Assembly: GCA_951406725.2 (NCBI GenBank)
Contig: OX597838.1
Coordinates: 3,224,001-3,288,000 of the forward strand
Length of the DNA stretch: 64,000 nt
Source: Octopus vulgaris
Taxonomy: Eukaryota
Direction of reading: 5' to 3'
In this document: piece after piece, positions 12,511 to 24,200 of the stretch
How positions within the stretch are numbered: position 1 is the stretch's first letter
Layout: each line of letters begins with the position of its first letter
Program-made: the position numbers and the translations under genes
The notes under the pieces: model-generated
What the model was told of the DNA's origin: nothing
What the model saw: the letters and a program-made list of their open reading frames with translations, nothing else
Database searches by the model: none

Positions 12511-13479
12511 TACTGTAATACCTCACTTTACGAGGACTCACTGTACAAGACCCCGGGTTTACGAGTTTTATTTTCTAATAAATATAAAAAGGTTAAACAG
12601 CCATTTTGTGTGTGTGGCAACACTGGTTCCGATGTATCTACACAACTGTACATAAAAATCTACAAGTCTGTTTACGAGGGCTTTTGAACGGGCGATTGCA
12701 TCTACAAGTGATGGTGTGTATGAGTCTAGAGCGAGGGAAAGTGATTCAGAAAACGATTATGATATCTATATATATAATAATAATAATATTTTTTGCCATA
12801 AATAATCTCAACATTCTTTTACATTACATAACTCTTTACTCTTTACTCTTTTACTTGTTTCAGTCATTTGACTGCGGCCATGCTGGAGCACCGCCTTTAG
12901 TCGAGCAAATCGACCCTCAGGACTTATTCTTTGTAAGCCCAGTACTTATTCTATCGGTCTCTTTTGCCGAACCGCTAAGTGACGGGGACGTAAATATACC
13001 AGCCAGCATCGGTTGTCAAGCAATGTTAGGGGGACAAACACAGACACACAAACACATACACACACATACATATATATATATATATACATATATACGACAG
13101 GCTTCTTTCAGTTTCCGTCTACCAAATCCACTCACAAGGCATTGGTCGGCCCGGGGCTATAGCAGAAGACACTTGCCCAAGGTGTCATGCAGTGGGACTG
13201 AACCCGGAACCATGTGGTTGGTTAGCAAGCTACTTACCACACAGCCACTCCTGCGCCTATGAAATATAAAATATTCATAAAATATTCTTTGCATTCTATT
13301 GTTGTTTTATTGCCATTTATTTTCGGGTATTATAAATTTTAGAAGTAAAATATTTTTCTGGGAACAAATTATGATTTGTAACATTACTACTATGGGAAAT
13401 TATTGCTCTGTTTTATGAGTTTTAACTTTACGAGCGGTCTTGCGGAACAAATTAACTCGTAAGTCAAGGCATAACTGTA
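12511..13479. mobile_element. Tigger/pogo-like MITE with nested SINE A (12832-13258, -)
   Basis: Imperfect TIRs ctgtaatacctcactttacgag / ctcgtaagtcaaggcataactg flanked by TA. Confidence 0.6.
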
Positions 13480-13485
13480 TGTGTG

Positions 13486-13960
13486 TAAGAAGGGTTGCAG
13501 AAAAGTTCCTGGTTTTGGGTAAAAGAAAATACAGCAGGATCAGTTAATTATGATTTTATTCAACATCGGTGGCACGTAAATAGCACCATCCGATCGTGGC
13601 CGTTTTGCCAGCCTCATCTGGCACCTGTGCAGGTGGCACGTAAAAAGCACCCACTACACTCATGGAGTGGTTGGCGTTAGGAAGGGCATCCAGCCGTAGA
13701 AACACTGCCAGATCAGATTGGGGCCTGGTGCAGCCTTCTGGCTTCCCAGACCCTGGTCGAACAGTCTAACCCATGCTAGCATGGAAAGCGGATGCTAAAT
13801 GATGATGATAATGATGATGATGATATTCCCCTCTCAGATTCACACACTTATTGCAGCAGTCCTTCAGTTTTTCCAAGCCCTGTAAACTTGGAAGGTTGAG
13901 TCTCCAATCAGGATTTTTGTGATATCCTTAAAGCCAGGAACTTTCCAGCAGCCCCTGTTA
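13486..13960. mobile_element. Mariner-like MITE with nested RTE 3' fragment (13567-13823); related copies at 38657-38870, 53388-53530, 62560-62730
   Basis: TIRs gaaaagttcctgg(c/t)ttt / aaagccaggaactttcc with TA ends. Confidence 0.65.
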
Positions 13961-14211
13961 TGCATATGTGTATGTGTGTTGTTTTCTGTTTTGTTTAATT
14001 ATTAAATTCTTCTGAGGAAGGAGCTGGTTTCTACTAAATTTACAAAATTCCATTGCTGGAACGTAGGTAACAAAATCGTTACACTTTAAACTGAGAAAGA
14101 CTTGCATATTTTTACTGTTCCATTTACAGATTGCATTTGTAATGTGTGAGTCACTCGGCTGATATCTTTTCTGGAAAATCCAAGCTTATCATTTATGTAT
14201 ATATGTATGCA

Positions 14212-14253
<42 letters not shown>

Positions 14254-14576
14254 TGTGTGGGTGTGTGTGTTCTCTCTTTTGATTTGAATATTTAATTCTT
14301 CCTCTGAAGGAGGTGCTGCTTTCTAACAAAGATACAAAGCTCCATTGTTTGTAGAGAGCTAACAACAACTTGCACATTTTTATTGTTCCTCTTACAGATT
14401 CTATTCATAAGAGAGTCAGTCGGTTGATATCCTTTTCTGAAAATCCAAGCTTATCCAGATTGTCACATGGGCATTAACTAACGAATCCTAGATGCACAAA
14501 GTTATTATTGGTATAAATGTGAATTTGTAATCCAGATATAGAAGAAGCTGGGGGGGGGGTTGAAGCAGTTGCCTAT

Positions 14577-15665
14577 AGTATGTATGTATGTATGTATGTA
14601 TGTATGTATGTATGTATGTATGTATGTATGTATGTAGTGTGTATGTATGTATGTATGTATGTATGTATGTATGTATGTATGTATGTATGTGTGTATGTAT
14701 GTATGTAGTGTGTATGTATGTATGTATGTATGTATGTATGTATGTATGTATGTGTATGTATGTATGTATGTATGTATGTATGTATGTATGTATGTATGTA
14801 TGTATGTATGTGTGTGTGTATGTATGTATGTATGTATGTATGTAGTGTGTATGTATGTATGTATGTATGTATGTATGTATGTATGTGTGTATGTATGTAT
14901 GTATGTATGTATGTATGTATGTATGTATGTATGTATGTATGTATGTATGTATGTATGTATGTATGTATGTATGTATGTATGTATGTATGTATGTATGTAT
15001 GTATGTATGTATGTAGTGTGTATGTATGTATGTATGTATGTATGTATGTATGTATTTATGTCTTTATGTATGTATGTATGTATGTATGTATGTATGTATG
15101 TATGTATGTATTTATGTCTTTATGTATGTATGTATGTATGTATGTATGTATGTATGTATGTATGTATGTATGTGTGTATGTATGTATGTATGTATGTAAG
15201 CATGTATGTATGTATGTATGTATGTATGTATGTATGTATGTATGTATGTATGTATGTATGTATGTATGTATGTATGTATGTATGTGTGTATGTATGTATG
15301 TATGTATGTATGTAAGCATGCATGTATGTATGTATGTATGTATGTATGTATGTATGTATGTATGTATGTATGTGTGTATGTATGTATGTATGTATGTAAG
15401 CATGCATGTATGTATGTATGTATGTGTGTATGTATGTATGTATGTATGTATGTATGTATGTATGTATGTATGTATGTATGTATGTATGTATGTATGTATG
15501 TATGTATTTATGTATGTATGTATGTATGTAAGCATGCATGTATGTATGTATGTATGTATGTATGTATGTATGTGTGTATGTATGTATGTATGTATGTAAG
15601 CATGCATGTATGTATGTATGTATGTATGTATATATGTATGTATGTATGTATGTGTGTATGTATGC
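14577..15665. repeat. About 1.1 kb (TATG)n microsatellite with variant units
   Basis: Direct inspection; source of the long MYVC ORFs. Confidence 0.97.
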
Positions 15666-15711
15666 TCAGTTTGTATCACCCTCTCTCAATCATTCACCTT
15701 TTCTCTCTCCA

Positions 15712-15742
<31 letters not shown>

Positions 15743-16215
15743 CACACATATGCACATGTGTGTATATATATATATATATGTATGTATGTATTTATGTCTG
15801 TATGTATGTATGTATTTATGTCTGTATGTATGTATGTATGTATATATATATTTATAGGCGATTATTGATTCTGTTATCATTTTTTAAAACAGTTCCATTG
15901 GATAATAACAGAATTAATAACTTCGCAATCCAATTTTTCGTGAATCATTTTTCTTGTGAATTGTTTGTTCGTGTATATATATTTTTATTATACGTAATAA
16001 GTATGAAGTCATTATTTAATGAATTTATCAGTGGCTAGTATACTAAAATACCACAATGGTTAATTTATATTAAAATTTCAGTAAGGGCATTTAATAATTT
16101 CAATGCCAGTCTTCTAAAGACAGACCCCCAAATGGTCCATGAACCACTAAAAATTTTTACTCCACTACCACAAGGTTAAAATTTATATATACATATATAT
16201 TATATACATATATAT

Positions 16216-16248
<33 letters not shown>

Positions 16249-17595
16249 ATACAAGGGTGAGTCAAAGAGTAATGCCATTTTGTTTAGGACAGGTATAATT
16301 ACTAACACAGGAACATGTATCATACATCAAAATGAAGCTGGTCCTCTGTGGATCACCACCCATGCTATCACACAAACACATGATAGAAGCACAGTAATGT
16401 GACTACGGTCTAAGTGGTGATGGTGGTGGTGGTGGTGGTGACAGCGGTGGCGTTGGTGGTAATGGTGGTGGTAGCGGTGACGGCGGCGGCGATGGAGATG
16501 ATTATGGTGGTAGAGGTGGTGGTGGTGGCGGGGGGAAGCGGCGGCGGTGATGTGGTAGCATGGTAACCGAGGGTTGGGGGGGGTGGAGATGGGTTGGGGG
16601 GGGGGGTAAGTCAGTTGGGATCAGTAGCAAGATAAGGGAGGACTTTTTTCCTGGAATTGAGAGTCAGCCAGTGGTTATGGGTGCTGTGCGTGTGTGTGTG
16701 TGCTGTGGTATGTGTGTGTGTGTGTACGTGCGTGTGTGTACGTGTAGCTATCTGACTGTGTCTGCTGACTTGCTTAGCATGTGTGCACCCGTATACAGGT
16801 GATTAATTCTGAACCTGGGAGTATCGGCATTTGCATGAGATAACAGTAACAAGCGAAGGTCAGGTGTCATTCTTGCACATCCAAACACACACACACACTC
16901 TCTCTTTCACATACGTTCACACACAGACACACACATACACACACACACACTTAGAAATTATGTCCTACATTACATACAAGCATACTATACATATATATAT
17001 ATATATACATGCAAACAGACATACACAAACCACATGGCTGTTTGGTAAGAAGCTTGCTTCCCAACCACACGGTTCTGGGTTCAGTCCCACTGCGTGGCAC
17101 CTCCGGTAAGTGTCTTCTACTGAGGCCTCGGGCAGACCAAGTCCTTATGAGTGAATTTGGTTGACCCCGTCGTATGTGTGTGTGTGTGTGTGTGTGTTTG
17201 TCCCCTGCCACCATTGCTTGACAACCGAGCTTAACAGTTCGGCAAAAGACATCGATAGAATAAGTACTAGGCGTACAAAAAATAAGTCTTGGGGGTTGGT
17301 TCCTTCGACTAAAAATCCTTGAAAGTGGTGCTCCAACATGGCCACAGTCAAATGACTGAAACAATTGAAAATGTACAAATGTTATTTACTTAAGGACCCA
17401 TAGGTACATGATGATGATGATGATAATCATCATCATTTTAACACCCACTTTTCCACGCTTGCATGGGTCTTCCTGTCAATAACCCTCGCCTGTTTCCTCC
17501 ATGGCCAGACACGATTAAAAAGGAACGACACTGCTTGTGTGGTAGTCACACTCGTTTACAACGATGTCAAGTCAAAAAAACACAAACATACACAT

Positions 17596-17972
17596 AGGCA
17601 CAGGAGTGGCTGTGTGGTAAGTAGCTTGCTTACGAACCACATGGTTCAGGGTTCAGTCCCACTGCATGGCACCTTGGGCAAGTGTCTTCTACTATAACCT
17701 CGGGCCGACCAAAGCCTTGTGAGTGGATTTGGTAGACGGAAACTGAAAGAAGCCCGTCGTATATATGCATATATATATGTATGTGTATATGTTTGTGTGT
17801 CTGTGTTTGTCCCCCCAACATCGCTTGACAACCGATGCTGGTGTGTTTACGTCCCCCGTAACTTAATGGTTCGGCAAAAAGACTGATAGAATAAGTACTA
17901 GGCTTCCAAAGAATGAGTCCTGGGGTCGATTTGCTCGACTAAAAGGTAGTGCTCCAAGTAAAAGAGTAAGAG
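17596..17972 (+). mobile_element. SINE family A; further copies at 17030-17365, 22214-22380, 26530-26860(-), 27318-27700(-), 28330-28705, 32760-33485(-), 36378-36770(-), 53975-54340(-)
   Basis: Same head, body and tail as 893-1368. Confidence 0.88.
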
Positions 17973-18340
17973 TATACCACACATACATACACACATATTG
18001 ATTCCAGTTGCAAAAGGGTTGACTCCAAGGCAGCGTCAAACGGAACAGATGGATGATCAAAAGCAGTCCAAGCGTGACCATCTTTTATTATTTTTTTTAG
18101 ATATAATATATTGATAACCACATTATATGAGTCCCTTCTCACTATTTTAAAGAGAATAGAGTATAATCAGATTTGGCAGCTATTTCTAGCAGACTAAGAA
18201 ACCATGTAAAGGTTTCCTCGTATATTCTTTTCTGCTCTAAGGCCCAAGGCCCGAAATTGGGGGGGGGGGGGGGCAGTCGATTTGATCGACACCAGTACGT
18301 AACTGGTACTTAATTTATCTTCCCTGAAAGGATGAAAGGC

Positions 18341-18870
18341 AAAGTCGACCTCGGCGGAATTTGAACTCAGATCGTAGAGGCAGACGAAATACCTATTTCT
18401 TTACAACCCACAGGGGGCTAAACACAGAGGGGACAAACAATGACAGACAAACGGATTAAGTCGATTACATCGACCCCAGTGCGTAATCGACCCCGAAAGG
18501 ATGATAGATAAAGTCGACCTCGGCGGAATTTGAACTCAGATCGTAGAGGCAGACGAAATACCTATTTCTTTACAACCCACAAGGGGCTAAACACAGAGGG
18601 GACAAACAATGACAGACAAACGGATTAAGTCGATTACATCGACCCCAGTGCGTAATCGACCCCGAAAGGATGATAGGTAAAGTCGACCTCGGCGGAATTT
18701 GAACTCAGATCGTAGAGGCAGACGAAATACCTATTTCTTTACTACCCACAAGGGGCTAAACACAGAGGGGACAAACAAGGACAGATAAATGGATTAAGTC
18801 GATTACATCGACCCCAGTGCGTAATCGATCCCGAAAAGATGATAGGTAAAGTCGACCTCGGCGGAATTTA
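18341..18870 (-). repeat. 169-bp tandem repeat (3+ units) built from SINE family B
   Basis: aaagtcgacctcggcgg recurs at 18341, 18510, 18679 and 18848. Confidence 0.9.
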
Positions 18871-19637
18871 AACTTGAGGCGTGAAGACGGATGAAATGCC
18901 GCTAAGCGTTTTGTCCGAACTGCTAAACAATCCGGCTAGCTTGCCGCCTTGTTTCCTCATTGTACATTTCAAAAATTTATTAACTTTGCTGTTGTTTGGT
19001 CCCAGGTCAGCCTAGCGGTTTAAATATGACCACCCCTTATTATTTTCAAGGATTACACTATTTTTACATGTATTTTACGAGGCATATTTGCCTGCTATTT
19101 CTCGAAGGTCGAGTAAAGGCACAGAAGTAACCTAATAGCGCTGGTGCAGTTTTTGTTTAGCCCTAGGTCAACACTGATCGAGCAAAACACTCATACATGG
19201 CATGGCATTCCAGCCATGTCCATCCCATCTCATAAGAGTCACGTAGAAGTACATTATCCACAGTGGTTTTTCCTTATTTCAGAAGGTAGTGCGCAATCTG
19301 AAGGAAATTTAACTGCTGTTTCTAGCAGTTTGGGAAAATACGTCGAGCCGTCATTGGTAAACTGCAGCCATCGTGTCTTTCTGAATGGCAATCCTAAACG
19401 AAAATTTACTTTCAATTTCTTTTAGTAGTGCGGCCCACCTAATGATGAGTCATGTCTCATGCGGCCCGCTTCTCTGAAAAGGTTGCCCGTGCCTGACATA
19501 GACGTTACTGACGATGTTGTTTAGTCGTTAGTCAATCCCGATTGAGAAACCCGGCAACGAAAGACATTTCATCCCTGACTGTCCTGCTTTTTCTCTCGAC
19601 ATTGTGAACTCAAGACTTAATTATCAAATTGTATATA

Positions 19638-20037
19638 TCTTTATATATAAAAGAGAGGTTGTGTGTCTGTCTCCTACGATTTAGATTCCTAACTACTCCC
19701 ACATTTTGCAGTGCAGTTTAATCAAAAGCGGGTATCTTATAGTCGTGATTCATATCGAGCTCTTCTGGGTATTAGCGCGCGTCTACGATGAGTCTACGAT
19801 TTAAAAAAAAAATTACCATAATTTTTTTCCATTTTTAATGCCTTTTTTCGCTATTATATAAGGGAAGTAACTCTCTAAGAATGTCAACGATGAGTCAACG
19901 ATTTAAAAAAAAATTTACCATCATTTTTTTCCCTATTTTTAATGCATATTTTTGCTAATTTTTGGCTATAACTCTCTAAAAATGCTTATATAGTTATTTC
20001 CCTTACAAACCCGAGCAACGCCGGGCGATACTGCTAG
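19638..20037 (+). mobile_element. Non-autonomous Helitron, family H2
   Basis: A|TC start, cccgagcaacgccggg hairpin, CTAG|T end. Shorter copy at 41033-41322(-). Confidence 0.85.
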
Positions 20038-20264
20038 TTTTCTAATATAATAGTAAGGTGTAGATTGAAAATAGATTTCGGGAAGGTGGAAATAGGCGTG
20101 GCTTTGTGGTAAGACATTTGCTTTGCAGTCACATCAGTCTGGGTTCAGTCCCACCGTGTTACACCTGGGTCGAGTGTCTTCAATTACAGCCCTGCCCAAA
20201 TAAGGCTTTTGAAAGGATTTGGTAGACGGAAACCGAAAAGCGTCGCCACATAGAACCTATACCT

Positions 20265-20302
<38 letters not shown>

Positions 20303-20689
20303 ATTAAGGGTTTAGCAACGATTTGCCTCACCACACAAATCGCTGCTAAACCCTTAATTACTTAGTATTACTTAAACTTTCCTCGAATGGGGCTTTTACA
20401 TGCCGAAATCTACTTGGTGAAATTAAAGATTATTCCAAATTAATTAATTTCACCCTTTATTATTGATAAATATATATATATATATATAGATAGATGTGTA
20501 TGTTGTTTGCTGGTTCGTTAGGGGGACATAAGCGAACTGGGATATTTCTTTAAGGCAAAAAAGAAATAAATACTGGAGTCTAATTCATTCGACTCGAACC
20601 CGTGGAGGCGGTGCTCCAGCGTGGCCGCAGTGCCTTGACCGAAACATACAAAAGCTACGACGAAAAAAAAAAAAATATATATATATATA

Positions 20690-21020
20690 AATTTCCGGAA
20701 GTTACGTCATAGGAAAGTTCAGCTGCTTTTTTTTTTTTAGTAACCGGAAGTTTCCGTCATTTACTGCGTGACTACCATTTCCACAATCCGACCATGCCAT
20801 CATAAACCCAACAACAAACTCTGTGTCGTCAGTCGTTCGATCCGTTGTCTCGTCGCCTCGTGTCCTTGGTTCTGGTCTCCCCGCTTCCACCCGCTTCCCC
20901 CGTCTAACAAATGTTGTCTCCACCCCCCAAAGCACTGTTCACTGCCCGACTCTCTCCTCTTCGACATCTTCTCAGCTGATCGGAAACATTTCTCTTCTTC
21001 ATCTGCTTCCTACTTCGAAA
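20690..21020 (+). promoter_or_regulatory. Putative promoter/5' UTR of the FAM234-like gene
   Basis: Locally CpG-rich, non-repetitive DNA. ETS sites CCGGAAGT at 20695-20702 and 20744-20751; CRE-like TTACGTCA at 20702-20709. Confidence 0.65.
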
Positions 21021-21215
21021 CACAAACACACATCAATATATATACACACCTGTGCCCGTGAGAGTATATACATATATATATATATATATTGTCTATATAG
21101 ACTATATATATATATATACACACACCTGTGCCCGTGAGAGTATATAACATATATATATATATTGTCTATATAGACTATATATATATATATATACACACGA
21201 TTTAGCTGTCGCTCT

Positions 21216-21231
21216 ATGGGGATATTGCAGA
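21216..21231 (+). CDS. FAM234-like exon 1, coding part (MGILQ + 1 nt)
   Basis: ATG GGG ATA TTG CAG A|gtgagt. Strong donor, phase 1 matches the exon 2 acceptor, and it lies just downstream of the CpG-rich promoter. Confidence 0.75.
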
Positions 21232-24200
21232 GTGAGTGAACCTTTTTTTCATTTAAATATTTGTTGTTTTACCTTTTTGTTGTTCACAGAAAACTTAAAA
21301 TGAAACCAGAAGTTATTCATGCATCTTTTATAAGACGATCCACGCCCAAACACCTTTTTATTGTTTGTTTTTAAATGCTCTTTTTTTTTTTTTTTCTTAG
21401 CTTCTTTATCTCTGTTGTTGATCCACCCTTAATATATTCAATCACTGCCTCACGTCTTGCCCACCTTTTATTTTTTGACTTTATCTATTATCTATCCACA
21501 CACACACACACTCACATATATTTAATGGAAGGTGGGGGTCACGAAATGTAACAACAGGTTGTGTTACGGTTGGGATGTTGAAAGTAACGACTGTTCAAAT
21601 CCAGATTCACCAAATAATAATAATAATTGTGTACAGTGCTCAGGTGCACTACAACTCATCTAAAGTGTATATATAATCAGGTGTAGTTTCGGCGGATTTC
21701 GGAAAGCATGGGAAGGAATATATGATTACCGAATTGCTCCAAGTCCGTGAGACATCATAATCTTTTCTTCTCTGGGCACAAGGCCTGACATTTTTGGTGG
21801 AAGGGTTAAGTCGATCACATCGACCCCAATACTCAACTGGTACTTAATTTATCGACCTCGAAAGGATGACAGGTAAAGTCAACCTCGGCGGAATTTGAAC
21901 TCGGAGCAAAGCGGCAGACGAAATACCTGTTTCTTTACTACCCACAAGAGTGTATTTCTGCACTCACGATTGAGGGTTCGATTCCCAGGCTGGGCACTGC
22001 ATTGTGCTCTGGAGCCAAACTCTTTATCTCATGTTGGCATATGACCACAGTGCACCTGTACAAGCAATGTCGATTTGATGGGAGGAATGGGCTTGGGTGC
22101 AGCGCAAACGGGTCAATCACTGTAAATAAAATAATTTGTGCTAGAAAAAATTGCACAACTATCTTTCTCGGTTCAAGAGTCTACCATTCTATTATAGAAT
22201 GGTTGCACGCATAGGTGCAGGCGTGGGTGTGTGGTAAGAAATTGGCTTCCCAACCATATGCTTCTGGGTTCAGTCCCACTGTGTGGCACCTTTGGCAAGT
22301 GTCTTCTACTATGGCCTCAGGCCAACAAAAGCCCTGTGAGTGGATTCGGTACACTGAAACTGAAAGAAGCCCGTCGTGTATATATATATATATATATATT
22401 TTTATATATATATATGTGTGTGTGTATATATAGATATAAATTCCATAATTATGAGCATAATTATAATTAGGCTTCAGCAAATATTTGCTTTACCACATAC
22501 CGAAATTTAGAAATAGCAGTTAAAATACTATTCTACTGCCATAAGATATCTCCCAGACAGCAATACTCAGCAACCCACGCAGGTAAAGAGAAAAAAAATA
22601 ATGAATCCACCTGGCTTTGATTAACTAAATACGCGTTTCGGGGTTAAAGAGATATAAAAAGAGGTAAAATCATATTTCTGTTCACTTATTCTCTTCCTCC
22701 GTACAGTATTTCAAGTTTTAAATTTGAGAGCCCTGATAATTAACATAGGTACTTGACCAAGTGCCATCGAATAGCATATATCCTAAGGGAGATATGTCCA
22801 GACTATAATATATAGGGGTTGATTTGTTTGACTAAAAAATCTTCAAGAAGGTGCTCCAGCATGGCCGCAATCAAATGACTGAAACAAATAACAGAATAAC
22901 CACCAAGCACAGTGGAAATAGCTGGGAGAAAGAACATGGCAACTTGAGGATCGACCATTCAAAACTTCTTAATCTAATGCCAGGTTTTAATTTAATGTCA
23001 CATTTTTAATGAGTTGGATAAGCTTTGGATCTTTTTAACAAGTCCCTTAATTTCGGACACAGTTTCAGAGAGAGAGGGTTGGGGGTGGGGTCCACATATC
23101 ATTATTCTTTATTGACAGTCTTGCATGAGATATATCTCAGGTATTTTGACCCTTTAGCATTCAGATTACTCTGTCAAATGTAATTCTTATTTGTTCACAT
23201 TGTTCTGAATTAATCATGCGTTATCTCAACCTTGAGATTTCAACGATGTGACTCTATGTTTTCAGAATGACATTGTAGGCTGGATCTGACCATTCTTAAC
23301 ATAAAACTGATGTCTTGCAAACAACATGCAAGTGCTACCAGTCGAGAACTCCGCATACCAGAAGCCAGCAAGTGTATGGGGTCATCAGGAGAGAATGCAC
23401 GCCATTTCGGGGTTTACCTCTCAAAGACATCAATGCGCACCGGCCCCACCTCACTGATATGAGGCCCTGCTTGCTTGATCAACTGGTTATTAAATAAAGC
23501 TCAATATTCTTCTAGCCTTCGCTCATCGTATCTTTTTAACCAAATCCAGTGGCTAGCCTTCTCCACTATAGTTAGGATATCAGTCATGGTGGTATTGACT
23601 TTACAATGAGTTAGGCCTAACAATAACAACAGTCGTCTCATACTGTGTCCAACGAACCCTCTACATCCGACTTCGATTAGAAAATGTTCTGCTTTCCAGC
23701 CTGCGTCTTCACATTCCTCGAGGAGGTTTACATAACGGTCAAACTTTCGAGCCCAAGCAGCATCCATGTTATCTTCATGAGGAATCATTAACTTGACTAG
23801 ATTTACAACTTTCCTTCTTTCACACCACATGAAAATATCCGGTTTTTTCATAACTGGACACTTCCCAATAGCCGTTCCACTTTTCCTGTCTCACAGGAAG
23901 TTTCTTGTTCTTCTTCTTGAAACGGATCCATTGACCTGGAATATTAGTGCCACATATGGCCAGTTTAAATGATAAAGGATTATACATTACTGAAAGCCCT
24001 CGTTCACAGCAATAACTGGATGGGAACAGCAAAAGGCCCCCTCCACACGTTTTTAGAGACTCGATTTAGGTCTAGCTGATTGTGGTCAACTTTAAATTTT
24101 CCAGGCGTTTTTACAAGCCTCGCGTACCCCTGAAGTTTTCCTTTGTGTACTCCAGACTGAGGCGTTGGACTCGTGATCAGAAGGTTGTGGTTTCGATTCC

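Noticed and set aside
12606-13262. 218-aa ORF and similar FDCGHAGAPP/RRHLPKVP ORFs
   Set aside because: Read-through of the multi-copy SINE family A; not a gene.
4030-16038. Long ORFs rich in YIYI, MYVC, HTYI and LSIY
   Set aside because: Translations of (TA)n, (TATG)n and (TAGA)n microsatellites that lack stops by construction.
20702-21137. ORFs over the GC-rich promoter region
   Set aside because: No domain similarity or splice linkage; better explained as promoter/5' UTR.
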